Of a DNA stretch of 64,000 nt, positions 1-13,600 are shown one piece after another. Each line of letters starts with the position of its first letter. The stretch's first letter is position 1. Source of the DNA: Tubiluchus corallicola (lineage: Eukaryota; Animalia; Priapulida); assembly GCA_030141605.1 (NCBI GenBank), contig JAQGDQ010000133.1:1-64000 (forward strand), in the 5' to 3' direction. Position numbers and translations under genes: made by a program. The notes beneath the pieces were generated by a model. That model did no database searches, was not told the origin of the DNA, and saw only the letters and a list, made by a program, of their open reading frames with translations.

Positions 1-2107
1 GAGTGGTATAATCTTAAAGAGAACTCAATAAGCTTTCAGAATCTGCAACAAAACTTCAGATAGGTTGTGTCTGAATCTACAAAAACTTTTGACCTTTACT
101 TTGACCTTGAAAATGACCTTGTGGGACAGAATTTTTTGGACCGAGCCTGACATTTTTTAATTCCTCTGTATCTGAATCATGTACTCTGTAAAAAGCTTAG
201 GTGTTTTTTGCTTTGAACAATTTTTACAACATTTGAATTTACCAATACAAGCCTAATTCGTGGTGACATATATATATCATAAAGTGTGTATGTGTACCAT
301 ATATTTCATATGCATCCATTCAATATTTGGTGTTTAGGAGTCAGTTGCCTTTAAATTTTACAAGCTTATAGCATTGCATTTTGTGTAATGTGTGAATTTC
401 TTTTAGTGAAACTTGGATAAGTGCAGTTTTTATTCAAAAGAAAGTTCATGTCATCATCTAATGTACACCAGGAAGACATCTTTGAGGAATTTTGAGACAT
501 TTAAGTTCAAGAACTGATGTCCCTTTACCAAGATCACAACTCTGTGTGAGCATCATGAACAACTTTTTTTGATTAATTATTCTCAGCTGCGAAGGAAATG
601 CTGTGAACCAGTTTCTCTTCGCAAGAGTATTATCCGCAGATCTTTGAGAGGCATTACAGAGGATCTTTTCAGACAATTTACAAATCCACCAAATCTTTTG
701 TAATTGGTAAAAAAGTGTCCAAGTTGTTGCATGAAACTTGAACAAAATGTTGATCATGAATAAGACGGTGATATGGAGGAATATACAGAAGTTTCATCAT
801 CAGAGACTGACGGAGATGTTTCTTTGATTAATGCTAATGCTGTATTGTTGACTCCGGATAATACACCAGCAAAAACAGCTTAGTTGTTTTTATTCTATGA
901 AAATATGGTGGTTTTCCCAAATAGTAAACTTCATCATGCACACTCATTCAAACAATTTCGAAAATAAAAAAGACGGGCATCGCTAGACAGGGTTGGCATT
1001 ACAAGGGGGATTTAGTGGATTCTCTCTTATTTTATCAAAATCCCCTCAAGCGAAAATTGAGGATTGGTAAAAGCACACAAAATTACAGCACTTCGGAACA
1101 TTTGATGGATTTGACACTTTATAAATTTATTTATGTAATTTTATCATAACTAATGCATAGCAAATCAGTTCTCTGACCATCTGAATTGTAGTTCTTTGAT
1201 AACCGAGGAACAATCTTACTTTTCTTTGGAATGAAATGTACTGTTTAAAATTGTCTTCCTTTATTTAGATTTGTGAACTTTTACCTGTCCTTAATTCTCA
1301 CTTGAGGGGAATTTTGATAAAATAAGAGAGAATCCGCTCAGTCCCCTTGTAATGCCAGCCCTGTCTAGCAATGCCCCTGTCTGTTCTACTTTCAAAATTG
1401 TTTGCATGAGTGTTCATGACGAAGTGTACTATTTGGGATGATGATATTTACTATTTTGGAAAACTACCATATCTTCATATCTGGTATATGTTAGATGATG
1501 ACACGAACTTTCTTTCGACTAAAAACTGCAGTTATCCACATTTCACTAAAATAAGTTCACACATTGCACAAAATGCATGCTATAAGCTTGTAAAATTTAA
1601 TGATGACTTGACTCCTAAGCACCAAATATTGAATGGATGCATATGAAACATATGGTACACATACATACTTTATGATATATACATGTCAGAGTTAGGCTTG
1701 TATTGGTAAATTCAAATGCCCGTAAAAATTATTCAAACAAAAAAACACCTAAGCTTTTACAGAGTACGTGATTCAGATACAGAGGAATTAAAAAATGTCA
1801 GGCTCGGTCCAAAAAATTCTGTCCCACAAGGTCATTTTCAAGGTCAAAGTAAAGGTCAAAAGTTCTTGTAGATTCAGACACCACCTATCTGAGTTATAAA
1901 TGCTTAAAAATTGCAGGTTATGCCAATTTTTGCGATTCTTTGGCCCTTTCGGCTGTTTTTAAAGGGCCATAACTTTTGAGCCGTTGACCCAATTTCGCTA
2001 AAAATTTGGATTATTGCATTTCTCCACAAGCCAAACTAACACACCAAATTGCATTAAAATCTGTGACAAGGGTGTTTTGCATTAGGTGATTTCACCTGGA
2101 ATGACCC
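1..2107. mobile_element. Non-autonomous foldback DNA transposon with very long inverted arms, probably Sola2-like; left end lies outside the window
   Basis: About 54-471 is the reverse complement of about 1481-1895, and about 896-1062 is the reverse complement of about 1289-1480. The right terminus ...GGTGATTTCACCTGGAATGACCC (2107) reads GGGTCATTCC on the other strand, a GRG-type end as described for Sola2. Confidence 0.65.
472..895 (+). pseudogene. Degraded Cys/His-rich N-terminal fragment of a transposase-like protein (Sola2-type), present in one arm only
   Basis: A plus frame reads TLCEHHEQLFLINYSQLRRKCCEPVSLRKSIIRRSLRGI...*LVKKCPSCC with internal stops. The CxHH...KCCxP...LRxI...CPSC pattern is one I recall from Sola2-type transposase N-termini. 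Confidence 0.5.
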
Positions 2108-2306
2108 AATGTAAGATTTAATTTACTTGTCTCATGGCCATAACTTTTGAGCCGTTGACCCAATTTCGCTAAAAATTTGGATTATTGCATTTCTCCACAA
2201 GCCAAACTAACACACCAAATTGCATTAAAATCTGTGATAAGGGTGTTTTGCATTGGGTGATTTCACCTGGAATGACCCAATGTAAGATTTAATTTACTTG
2301 TCTCAT
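1965..2306. repeat. Near-perfect 171-bp tandem duplication spanning the transposon end plus flank
   Basis: 1965-2135 and 2136-2306 are identical except for 2 substitutions that I could see (gacaag/gataag, attagg/attggg). Confidence 0.95.
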
Positions 2307-3188
2307 GCCACACATTTGATTTATAATTATAATACAATATACTGTGCACAATTTACGAAGGCTGTATTGAGATGGGGTTACAAAACACCATATGGTCACC
2401 TAGCAGCTACCCATATTTATAAGCATTACTATTTGTTTAATAAATTGAGCAATGCTAGTAGTGCTCAGTTTGTGAGAGATTTATATAATTTATAATCAAT
2501 CCAACAATATAATAAGATCATGTTAGTAAAAAAAACAGCAGTAAACTTTTGATTTGTAGTATCTATATAAATAACACACCCGTATGCTACAACATATGCT
2601 ATGTATATATATATATATACATTTAAAGAAACCCAGCCAATGCAATTTACACAGTACAGTTGACATAGGTACCAACAACAGACATTTTACGCAACTCCTA
2701 TGACAGGAGTATCACATAACAAAAACAATATCTCAATAATATTAGAAAAAATAGCGTTACACAGTACACTGTGTACAGTCAACCCACTTAACATACCTAC
2801 ATGAACAGCTAACATGACAGTCAATATCAGACAAAACCATAGTAAAATCATTGGCATCTAATAGCCACGCATGCAGTAAACATAAACATGCAAACACGAC
2901 GACAAATACTTTGTACACTGTTATTGGCAGTTATGAAAACTTCAAAACCATGCTTGGGTAGAGTCTCATCCAGTACATCTTACGGTACTTCGCGTGAGTA
3001 AACTTACCTGGACGGTGAGCATTGTTAAACTCTTTCAGGAACTTAATGATCAGAATGAAATTTGCGCTGCTCCCATCCAGGTGGCAAGTGGTGAGAATAA
3101 CAGCTCTAAAGTGCAACCTAAATCAAAAAAAGGAAAGCAGTCAGAGAAGTGTGACCTCGTAGGCACGTTAGTGCAGGCTCTTCACCAG

Positions 3189-3340
3189 CAGTGTTGTCTT
3201 TGTTACTTTTGAAAAGTAATCTGTTGTGATTACTAATTTTATCAGTAAAGTTATAATCAAATTACTCACCACTGATTACTTTTAGCAAGAATAATCTCTT
3301 ACTCAATACTCATTACTTTGTCTGCTAGTTTGAGTGATGC
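3189..3340. mobile_element. hAT-like MITE end fragment (CAGTGTTG terminus with GTAAT/ATTAC subterminal repeats)
   Basis: Starts CAGTGTTG followed by repeated ttact/agtaa motifs; resembles the element starting at 38882. Confidence 0.4.
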
Positions 3341-3503
3341 TTTAGTGAAAAGTTTGCATTTGATTGGCTGTAATTAGTTTTTCTGCAATTTCTTTTTTGT
3401 CACATTTCTCAGCCGCTGTCATCTTTAGGTTTTCCTCTTTTTTCGGTATGTTTCCACAACTTTTTTTGCATTATACTCTTCTGTCTATATTGTTAAAAAT
3501 AAC

Positions 3504-3641
<138 letters not shown>

Positions 3642-3764
3642 CTCTTTTTTTGCCTCTATCTACCTGACTTTCTCTGGGATGTATATGTATATGTGTATAT
3701 ATATATTGCATTTACTTACATGTAAGCATACTGCATTCCATACAGCAACCTGATCAACAAATAT

Positions 3765-6151
3765 GCGCGGTGACAGATCAAAATCGACCGTTTAGCGATA
3801 TGTTAATAATAGAGCTACAGCTGATTTTCGAAAATAGGGTGTTTTTCACACAAATTTGATTTTTGGTAAGAAACACATCTATAATGTCTAAACTACCGTT
3901 TGAGATGCAAAAGTTAGACACTAATTAGTTGTAAATTTTTATGAATAAAAACATTCTTTTTATGACACCTACCTTGCTATTGGAGTTCTTCATTTGCAAA
4001 AGTAGACCAAAAGTAGCGTTACTTAGCCGTTGAATTACTTTCCGTAGATGCCATTACTTTTAAAGCGGCTATTAATGTTTGAAAGGACAAAGCCCTATCT
4101 AACAGAATTTTCTATTTGCCATTTCTATAAACTATGACAGAATGTACAATTAATCAATGAAAGTGAAATAATATAATTTTTGACCAATCAAATTGCATAG
4201 TTGGTGCATTGCTACAGTAGCCATGCAGACGCAACAGCTTCAGCACAGTTTGCTTGTTTGCAATGGTTGACAGGAACGTTGATTAAATGTGAAGTTGTTG
4301 TTTAAAGATCAATGCTGATGGACTGACAACAGAAAAGAAACATTTGGCAGCAGTAATTAGCTACTTTTTGATCCTAGATAGTGATGGATGCGCAATTGAG
4401 CGTAATGTGGTAAGCAAGATTTAACTGTAAAACATAAACATTTTGATAGAAAGCCCAGTAAGCTGAAATGTATTTTCTGTTCTGTGTGGTTAGGCCTGCC
4501 TACTTACAAGGCATAAATTGCGACATGTTATTACTTATTGGCACAAAAATGTGATTATGTCATGTTAAAATAAGCAGAATAATGTACATAGGTTAAGATA
4601 ACTATCATTTTTGTGACTAAATACATTAAACAAAAAAAAGAAAAATTTGCTAAAACTGCTTTTAAATGACAGTTCTCATTAAAATCATGAAGTAATCAAA
4701 ATATTGCTTTTGTCAATATGAAGCATTTTTATTAATAATGCCAACTTGCTAAGCTAACTCATGTTGAAAGTTAACGTGTTAAACATGCAAATATAGTAAT
4801 ACTGTTATTTGTTTCTGTAAAACAGCATGAAGAAGACTATGTACATTGTATGGTGAAGAAAATGGAGAAAGGAAAACTGCTTGAGATATGCCTACCAAAG
4901 TAAACAACATGGACACCAAAAAAAAACAATTTGCTGGTCACAATTTACTGTACTGTTATCATAATAAAACTTTCACTTTTTTACATTATGTATAAGTTGT
5001 ATATCATTGGGTATTTTATTTTCTATCATGATAAAGTGGTTGCACCTATAGTTAAGTCAGTGGAACATTTACCTGAGACATATCCAAAGCACAGAAATTT
5101 ACTGAAATGTATTATAGTATCTTATTTGGCTGTTATGAGCCATGCACACTCTACACATAATTTCTTTTATACTGAAAAACTATAGTGAAGATTTTGCTTT
5201 TAGTTTTATCACCTATAATTATGAATAGGTGTTATCTACCTGAAAGTACACTCAGAGTCAAAAGTACTTTAAACAGTTTGAAATCTCTCTGTGGACAGCA
5301 GAACATCCATTTAATCATGTATTTTGTATCATTTTAGAAAACAACATGTAATTCATGAATACAATATGAACAAAAATGTGAATAAGTTTTATATATCTTA
5401 ACAACGTGCAAGAAAGTTTTCTTTTATTTTAATGAGAGCAATTAAGAGATATAATGGCTTCATACCTGTAGTTAATTTGATAATTTATGCTATCTGAAGC
5501 TATCTAAAAAGCAAGTATGCTTTACAAAATAAATTAGTTGATAGTCTACCCAAAGCTTACTAGTTACTATAAAAATCATCTTGTTATAAGCTGAAGTTCC
5601 CACCTGAAATTAATAACTTAAGTGTAACTTAAATTGTACACTCATAAAATTAATTTTATAGATTATGTAGTACTAGGGCCCTGCTGTAATTGATATAATT
5701 CACTTTACAGATAAGGAACATTCATTATAAAAACAAATTCTGCGTATTTAACGTTGCGACAACTCATCTTTAATTAATACTCACTCGGGTAAGAAAATCA
5801 TTAGGTAGAGGCCCAAAAATGTGTGTAATTTAAGTTCGCCATACACACCTTCTATTACATTTTACAAAAAAATTAGACTCCTAAGTAGTGTATTAAAGTC
5901 CATAGCAACCAATGCCAGTCAAGGTTGTTATGCAAATTTTCATGAATTTGTTCTTAAACTTTGAAAGCCAATTTCTCAATAATTTGTTTTCACAAATAAA
6001 TTGCCTCCTCAGTTATAACCTGTGATATCTTGTCTTAGAAGGAACATACAGACATGATATTGGCATCAATATGATTTGCTGACTAAGAATATGGCAATAA
6101 CTCGAATTTTACAATTTGAGCCAAATAGTCGATTTTGATCTGACTGCTCAC
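3765..6151. mobile_element. Putative non-autonomous TIR DNA transposon flanked by ATAT (unclassified)
   Basis: Left end GCGCGGTGACAGATCAAAATCGACCGTTTAGC versus right end GCCAAATAGTCGATTTTGATCTGACTGCTCAC, an imperfect ~33-bp inverted repeat. ATAT occurs at 3761-3764 and 6152-6155. Confidence 0.5.
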
Positions 6152-6339
6152 ATATTCTTTTTCTCACTTCCTGGAATCCAACTTCCTGAACAGTAAGTGG
6201 AGCCTGCAAGTCCAAAAGTACGTGAATATTAGGGTGTCTTTCTCCAGCTTTTTCGAGCACAGAATAATCTAAGAAGTTGATACTTGACATAATGTTAAGG
6301 TGTGGGTCAAACTCGAAGCGTACTCATTTTTGGGTCAAT

Positions 6340-6689
6340 AGTGCAAATTTGTCACAACATTCTGAAAAGCGCTGCAAAATGTTTGCCAAGATTTTGCAGA
6401 TTCTGAAATTGTTGTAAACATTTGGCGACAAATTTGCAAAGTTTGGTGCATGTTACGACAATCTTTCTACAGTTTGGCAAAGCTCTGGCGATGCGAATTT
6501 TGCGATACTATCGACAAACTTTAAACATTTTGAAAAATTTTTCTGAAGCTGGTGACCTTTTGGCGACAATGGTGAACACTGCGAACGTTTTGTGATCGTT
6601 TGGCAAACTTTTGGCATATGTTTGGCTACTGTTGAACTTCGAAATTTTCGGATGGTTGCCAAAGTCACAAAATAGTGATAGCCTGGCTT
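6340..6689. mobile_element. Harbinger/PIF-like MITE end made of degenerate short repeats
   Basis: Many tttggcga/tttgc motifs ending in GTGATAGCCTGGCT followed by TAA; only one end seen. Confidence 0.3.
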
Positions 6690-6695
6690 AAACAG

Positions 6696-6860
6696 CTTGT
6701 GTCCAAATTACCTCATGTCCATATCACCTTGTGTCCAAATGTCCTATGTACCCAAATATCATTGTGTCCAAATGACATATATGTTCAAATTGCCTTGTGT
6801 CCAAATTACCTATGTGCCCACATGTCTTGTGGTGAAACGTCCTGTGTCCAAATGTTTGTG
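6696..6860. repeat. Degenerate minisatellite (~16-bp subunit, ~32-33-bp period, TTGTGTCCAAAT core)
   Basis: tgtgtccaaat recurs at about 6698, 6730, 6763, 6796 and 6843. Confidence 0.8.
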
Positions 6861-7649
6861 TTGAAATGTACGCAAAGTCAACCGATGCATCAAAGTTTAA
6901 TTAAATGTGTAAATATTTTTTTATTTCATACATAAAACCTATTGACAAGTTTGCTGAACTTGATTAAAAAGCACATGAGCATTTCACTTTAAGTTAGAAG
7001 TTCTTAGAACTGTATTTAGCGTAAGCCTACCTTTGTTTTATTAATTGCATGCTATAAATTTCTTACATACATGTCTGACACTGTTACTCAATTAACATAT
7101 TTATTTATCACTTTCTCTCGGTGTTAACCAGTTGGCACTAGCACTGTGCCAGAATTAGCTTTCACATCAAAATGTTTGATTTTTCAATCTTATCTTCAGT
7201 GAGAAAATGAAACTGAAAGCAGTCAGTGTGCCAAAGTAATCGAGTAATCAATAGATTTACTCAGTACATATAACAATAGTTCAAAAAATTTTACAGTGAG
7301 TTCAGAGTTCGTGGCATTTATGGCATTTGTTTAATATACTACTTAGGCTTAATAACTATTGCCACAGTACAATGTCAGAGGTAGGCAGTTTGGTATTCTC
7401 ATATGGTACATAAGACGCAGAAGGTTTGGCTGCAAGTGCAATATGAAAAATGCCGATGTTTCACATTAGAAATTAAGATGTATAATTGGCCTGCTATGGC
7501 ATCAGCTGCCTAACAAACTTTAGTAATTTGATATGCCTAAATATTTTACTTGTTGCACTGATAACAAATTTTTAATTTTAACATCTGAAGTGCCAAGTCC
7601 CATCATATTCAGAAAACATGTAAATTTTGAGTGATCAAAAATTCACTGT

Positions 7650-10600
7650 TTATACAGCTGTGTCTTTGTGTTTATCCTCAGCATTTGGTGTGCTTTCCCA
7701 TTGAGCATGGTCCAAGTTATTATTTGCAGTGTTATGGGTATCTAATTTTTTAGATTTCTTCTCTTTTTGCTTTTTCTTATCGACATCGTCAACAGGTTTG
7801 TCTTTTATTATTGATGGCAGCTCATCTGCTGTTGAGAGTCCGTTGTTAACAAAACCGCCATTTTCTTGTTCGACCTTATTTGTTTCTTTGTCTTCCTTTG
7901 TGTAGTAGTTAATCATTCTCGTTTTATATATCAAACAAAGAATAACTATGATTCCTATCAGCAGTACAACTGTGATCACAATTATTGCAATTATGGGCTC
8001 CCTGCCCAAGATCACACTTGGACATACTTCAATAGCAGTTTGATTCAGTCTCTGAATAAGAATGTTTTTGTATTCACTAGGTGTTGCGCAAATTAAACAC
8101 TGCACATCTGTTACACGGATATTGTCCTCATCAGTGCAGTTTTCTAGCGTTTTTAACCATAAATAGAGAGGCATAATATAGCAGTCACAGTGCCATCTAT
8201 TTCCGTTCAAACTTACGTTGGCAGTTTTGAGCGCTTCTACTAACTCGGTGTCAGTGGTGGTGAAGCGATTGTTAGACAGGTCGATTGTAGTTCCTGCCTC
8301 TACCAATTCATTTACAAGTCGCGGGGAAAAATCTTCCAGATAATTTCCTGCTACAATCAACTCCTTTAGCTTGTAAAAGTATGGAATGATGCTGTGTGGG
8401 AACTCTTTGAATCTGCAGTCCGTCAGGTTCAGTATGGCTAGGTTCTCCAGGTAGCTTAGGACCACTCGAAGGTTGTTTTTATTTAGTGGATTTCCACTTA
8501 AATCTAGGTGGATCAGTCCCGAACTTAGTGGCTGTAGCACAGTAGGATTCATGTGTGAGAATCTATTATGTCCAAGAGACAGTTTTCTGACTACCAAGCC
8601 ATTAAATTCCTCTTCTAAGTTGGCCTCACCTAGCCTGTTATGTGATAGATCTAATTCTTTCAAATACATTTTGTTAAAAGTTTCTGCACTGATACTCCTA
8701 ATTGTATTGCTGCTAAGTTTTAAATGTTTTACGCCTGGAACCCATCTTGAAAACCACTGATTTTCTAAGCTTGTAATTACGTTGTCTTGTAAGCTGAGCG
8801 TCTGAAGGTAGGGCATGTACAGAAAGTTGTCTCTGGACAGTTCGGTAATGCTACAATTGTCACATGAGAAATGCCTCAAACTGTTTTCAACATCAACGAA
8901 TACATCACGATTCAAATTCCTGTAAAAGCGAAAAGTTACCAGATTAAAAAATTTGTAAAACTGCAAGGATTTTCGCATGGCTCAATTTGACTATTTCATG
9001 TGGAATGTGATTAAAATCATACAGAAAGCTACTCATTGTGGCATAAATTATTTGTTTTGCTTCTGAAGCTGCTTTGAAATACCAAATAAAACATACTGGT
9101 AAATTAGAAAGTTAAACAAACTTCTTCAGAATAAGCCTAGCGGAGACTAGGTCTAGTCTAATTTATTGTGAGTCCCTTAAACTAGCCAAAAAATTATCAT
9201 TGTGAATGCTTCCAGGTGTCTCATCTAACTAACGTTTATATGTTTAAAAAATTAATTATTCTGAGAACTAACAAACAACGTTGTTTATTCTTTTAGCTTT
9301 AGTGTTCTATCTTCAGATGATCGATGCAGCTGATGGTAGTGTACTGACCCAGTAAGGCACATATTCAGATTTTTGCTGTACTGCAGACTTATAGGTAAGT
9401 GAACTGTAGCAAAAGTCAAATATCTGTTTTCCTGAAATTGCTTTTTTAGTATAGTGCAGAACATTTCATACAGAACAGCTACTTATAAATCCGGATCTTT
9501 TTCTTGGACCACTTATCTGTGGAAGTTTTCGCTAGAAATTTTTTTGCCTGTTAGCCGCAACCTGCAAAACCAACCTACAATTCCGAGCACTTCAGAAAAT
9601 TATTGACTATTAAGCTTATTCATAATCCATTTTATTTTCACAAAGATAGTGCTGCTTTACATATTTTCCTGTTCTAAAATTATGGAAGTGGTTGTCTAAT
9701 GTATTCAGCCATGCTCACCCAAACGGATTTCCGTCGAAGTTAATCGTGTGCAACTTGGTCAGATTCAAGAATAGCCGGGCCGGAATCGTTCCCATCCCGT
9801 TGTATCCGAGATCTAAGTGGCGCAGTTCTCCGAATTCAGAAAAGAATCCTGATGGAAATTCAGCAATGTCATTGTTGCGCAAGTCAAGATAACTAAGTGA
9901 TATCAGGCCACGAAGGTTACTCTCGGTGATACGGCTTAGACCATTGTTTCTGAGGATGAGTGTGTGACATTTGGACAAACCCTGTAACACAAACAATGTT
10001 AGAAGATAATGTTAACTCACTCATTTGCCAACATAATGGTATCGTAATGAATGACAGTTTCTCAGAATTGACTCTTTTGGTTTCTCTTAGCACTTGATGC
10101 ACATCAGATCACATCATACAGGTCTATTTCTCTAAATAACGTAGATGCTACACTAGACCTAGCCACATCACACAGGTTTATTTCTCTAAATAATGTGGAT
10201 GCACATAAGACCTAACCACATCACACACGGTTATCTCTCTAAATTACTTGATGTACAAAAACCTAGCCACATGTCACATCATACATCTCTGTTTCTCTAA
10301 ATTACATGGATATACACCACAGATTTAGATACGTCTTCAGAGAGAGATTGCTAGGTCTTATGCAAAAAGTGGCACCATGTTGTTGGGCAAGCTGCTGCTT
10401 TCTGCTACTTTGTTATTATGTGTCCGTGTGAAATTTTTGCAATAATTTTCATTACGTGTACTCCGGGTAGTGAATTTGCGTGCAAATAGCAAAATAGTTA
10501 AAAGTGCCAACCTCCTACATTACTTATAAATGTTCAAATCAGGCAAAAAAGCATCAACCAGGTCTTTTTTACAGATAACATTATCCTACATTTTCATTTA

Positions 10601-13600
10601 AGTAAAACGATATGGTAGTGTTCTTGTCGGCGGTCTTTTATTTGTAAAATACTTTCAAAATATTCAAGAAACTGCTTTCATTATTAATTGTCATAATATT
10701 AATGCAATTAGTCATGTATGAGCCATACTTGTAACTGTAATAGTGCGAATTACAGTAGCGCTAACTAGAGGAAACTATGTACCGGTACATAGTCACCACG
10801 TCCACGCCTAAAGCTACGACTCCTTGTGCGTGTAATGCATGGTCCGTAATGCGTAATGTGTAATGCATATTGACTGTTTCCATGTGTCCGTGAACGCTAT
10901 GCACATTAACAAAGCTCACTGTGTCCTTTCCGCCATTTTTGGTCACTGTACATGAATGTAGGACATTGTAAGTGTAGGAATAATAATTTTTGGATGACAT
11001 TCCTTTATCGAAATTTCGGTACAACAGTGATGAAGATTTAGTTGTAACGGCGTTTTCCTGTCTGTGTATTGCTGTGTGATGTGTATGCAGACAATAGCCA
11101 TCGCGTTCGAGTGAATATGTATGATGCATCACGGACAACGCATTACATACACATGGAAACACTGTTTAAATATCACGTGTTTAAATATAAATTATTGTAT
11201 ACATATTACAAATCATGCATCATGCATTATGCGCACATGGAGTCGTACCCTAAGTGTTTTTCAACTAAATTTCACTTCATGTTAAACAGACACAGTATAC
11301 AATTTTTTATAGAAATTTTTTATACAAATTTTACCTAGCTAGCCTATTTTTTGAAATTTAATAAAGTTCATTATCATTATAGTTAATGATCACGGCACAA
11401 TGACCAGACCTTAACCATTACCAGATTACCATTTTTATGCTGCTGGCCTCAATTAGGAGTTACTGCTGCATTTTTTACGCAGTTTCATGTGTTAATGCTG
11501 TCAAAAGTTACACCATAACATGTTATTCATTTATTGATATATTATATTGTGTATATTCATCAATTAAATGCAAATAATTATTGTTATGGTTTTACTTATA
11601 ATGTACGGTAGGCCTAATACCAAATCAAAGGTTCCAATAAATGCAGTTTTTCTGACAATGGTATTTTGATAATTTTAGGATGCAGGGTTATGTTGGTAGG
11701 TTACACTTTACTACGCTTATGTGAGTGGATAGTGAAGAAGCTTATATCAACAATGAAATAATCAGCTGACTTAAATCTTGTCAGTGAAGGTTGAATAGGA
11801 GAAGCTACATTATAAGCACAAAAAGAACTGTATCTATTCCTGACATTGTAATGGACGAAAATGTTCTAAAACAACAGACTTCATCTTCATCTCTGTGGGA
11901 TGAATTAAGGACCATTGTTAAGTAAATGACCTATTGAACAAACTGTCAACTAGACTGAATTTTCAGTATTGTATTTATTTTGGCCTCAACATAACATAGA
12001 CTGTGTGATTCACTAATTTTTTTATGCTCTTACAGTGAAACACTATGTTTGCATTGTGCAAAAATATAATGAGTTTCTATGTTTAATTTTAAAAGTGGCT
12101 TAATTATGTTCAGTGTATTTTATATGCCAGACTAATGATTGCAATGTAATTGTAAATACTGTATTCCTGTCTTTGTTTTAAATAATTAGTTTAAACTGGT
12201 AAATATGTGGTTACTACTATAAGTGACAGCATTTTTCATTTTAAATATAGTAACAATTATATTTGTTTAGCTTGTGTAATAATGATTTCAAAGTAAGTTT
12301 TTGGCTTTTTAATGATTGCTATCCCGTTAGGTACCAAATCTAGGGTGCGTTGTAAATATTTCATATAAATTTCTTATTTTGGACCAAATTTGGTTTCAAA
12401 ATTAAATGATTATGGCAGGGCTGGAACTAGATGTGGCAAGCAGGGAGGAGGGCGCAAAAATTTTCTGGGAGGGCGAGGTATCCGAAGTGGTTAAATAATG
12501 GTTAAGCCAATTTTAACCCCTTTTATACTGCTTGCAGGCCTATAATTAGCATGTGAGTAGGACGGCGTAGCGGTCAGAGCAATAATGAGAAAATTAACTC
12601 TCAGTTAACCTAACGTTATTAATGTGCCTCTAACTAAATTGTTATTTACAGAAATTTATCACACACAAGTTTTAAGAAAATAATACACTGAAGCTACCAA
12701 ACATTTTTTTACCTAATTCTAATTCATATTGAAACTGATTACATGCGAACTGCAATTTTCACTGCAAAAAAATTATTTGTCCGATTTTGCAGGGGGGCGC
12801 AAATTTTGACAGGGGGTGCCCCCTCGCACCCCCCTAGTTCCGCCCCAGGATTATGGGTTTATTCAGTCACTACAGAGAAATATTCTGAGCAGGTTTCTTT
12901 GTGAAAAACATTTAATTGTGCGGTTTTCTGTAAAAGGTATTCCTTGAAGAAAACCCATTAGAAAGGGTTTTTAGAAAATGGGTTTTCAAATACACCCTTA
13001 AAGGTTTTCATTAGGGACACTAGGAAAATCTTTTAAATCCTTTAAAAACTTTTCTTTTCAGTAGTGTACCTTTCTGTTACGGGGGATAATACAGCCCTTT
13101 CTTGTGTTCAACTTAAAACATGCAGAAAATGGTACACAGAAACGAGTGTTCTGTAGCAAAGCATCTCTGGGACGCAGCATAAAAATATTAGGTTTATTTC
13201 AGGGTCACTAGAAACGTAACTGCTAATTAACTACTTTTCTTTTAAATTGGTCTTCCTTATTAGGTTAAGTCTCTTAACAGTGGACTGTTTTTTCAAGTTG
13301 TGAAAAATTGCATGCTGTTTAATATCTGTACCTGCAAAACATTTTTTCTAAGTGAATATGCAAGTTGCTAAATTCAACCAAATATGTAAATTTGATAAAC
13401 AGAACATTACAAACTATTTTAGATTAAATTTAGATTTATTTATGTTAACAGGACAGTTACATCAGTAATATAAATTAAAAGTGCTCGTTAGCAACTAATA
13501 ATTTATCTGCAGCGTATAACTAGTCTAATACCAGACCAAAATAACAAATTTGATTAAAAGTATAAAAGATTTCGCTAGAACTTGCTGCCATAATATTATT

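Noticed and set aside
8920-8978. N-terminus of the 442-aa ORF (MRKSLQFYK...)
   Set aside because: Intronic; the real exon starts at 8919 after a tttacag acceptor and joins three upstream exons.
10097-10330. CRISPR-like regularly spaced repeats
   Set aside because: Whole units are similar with no unique spacers, there are no cas genes, and the context is a eukaryotic intron.
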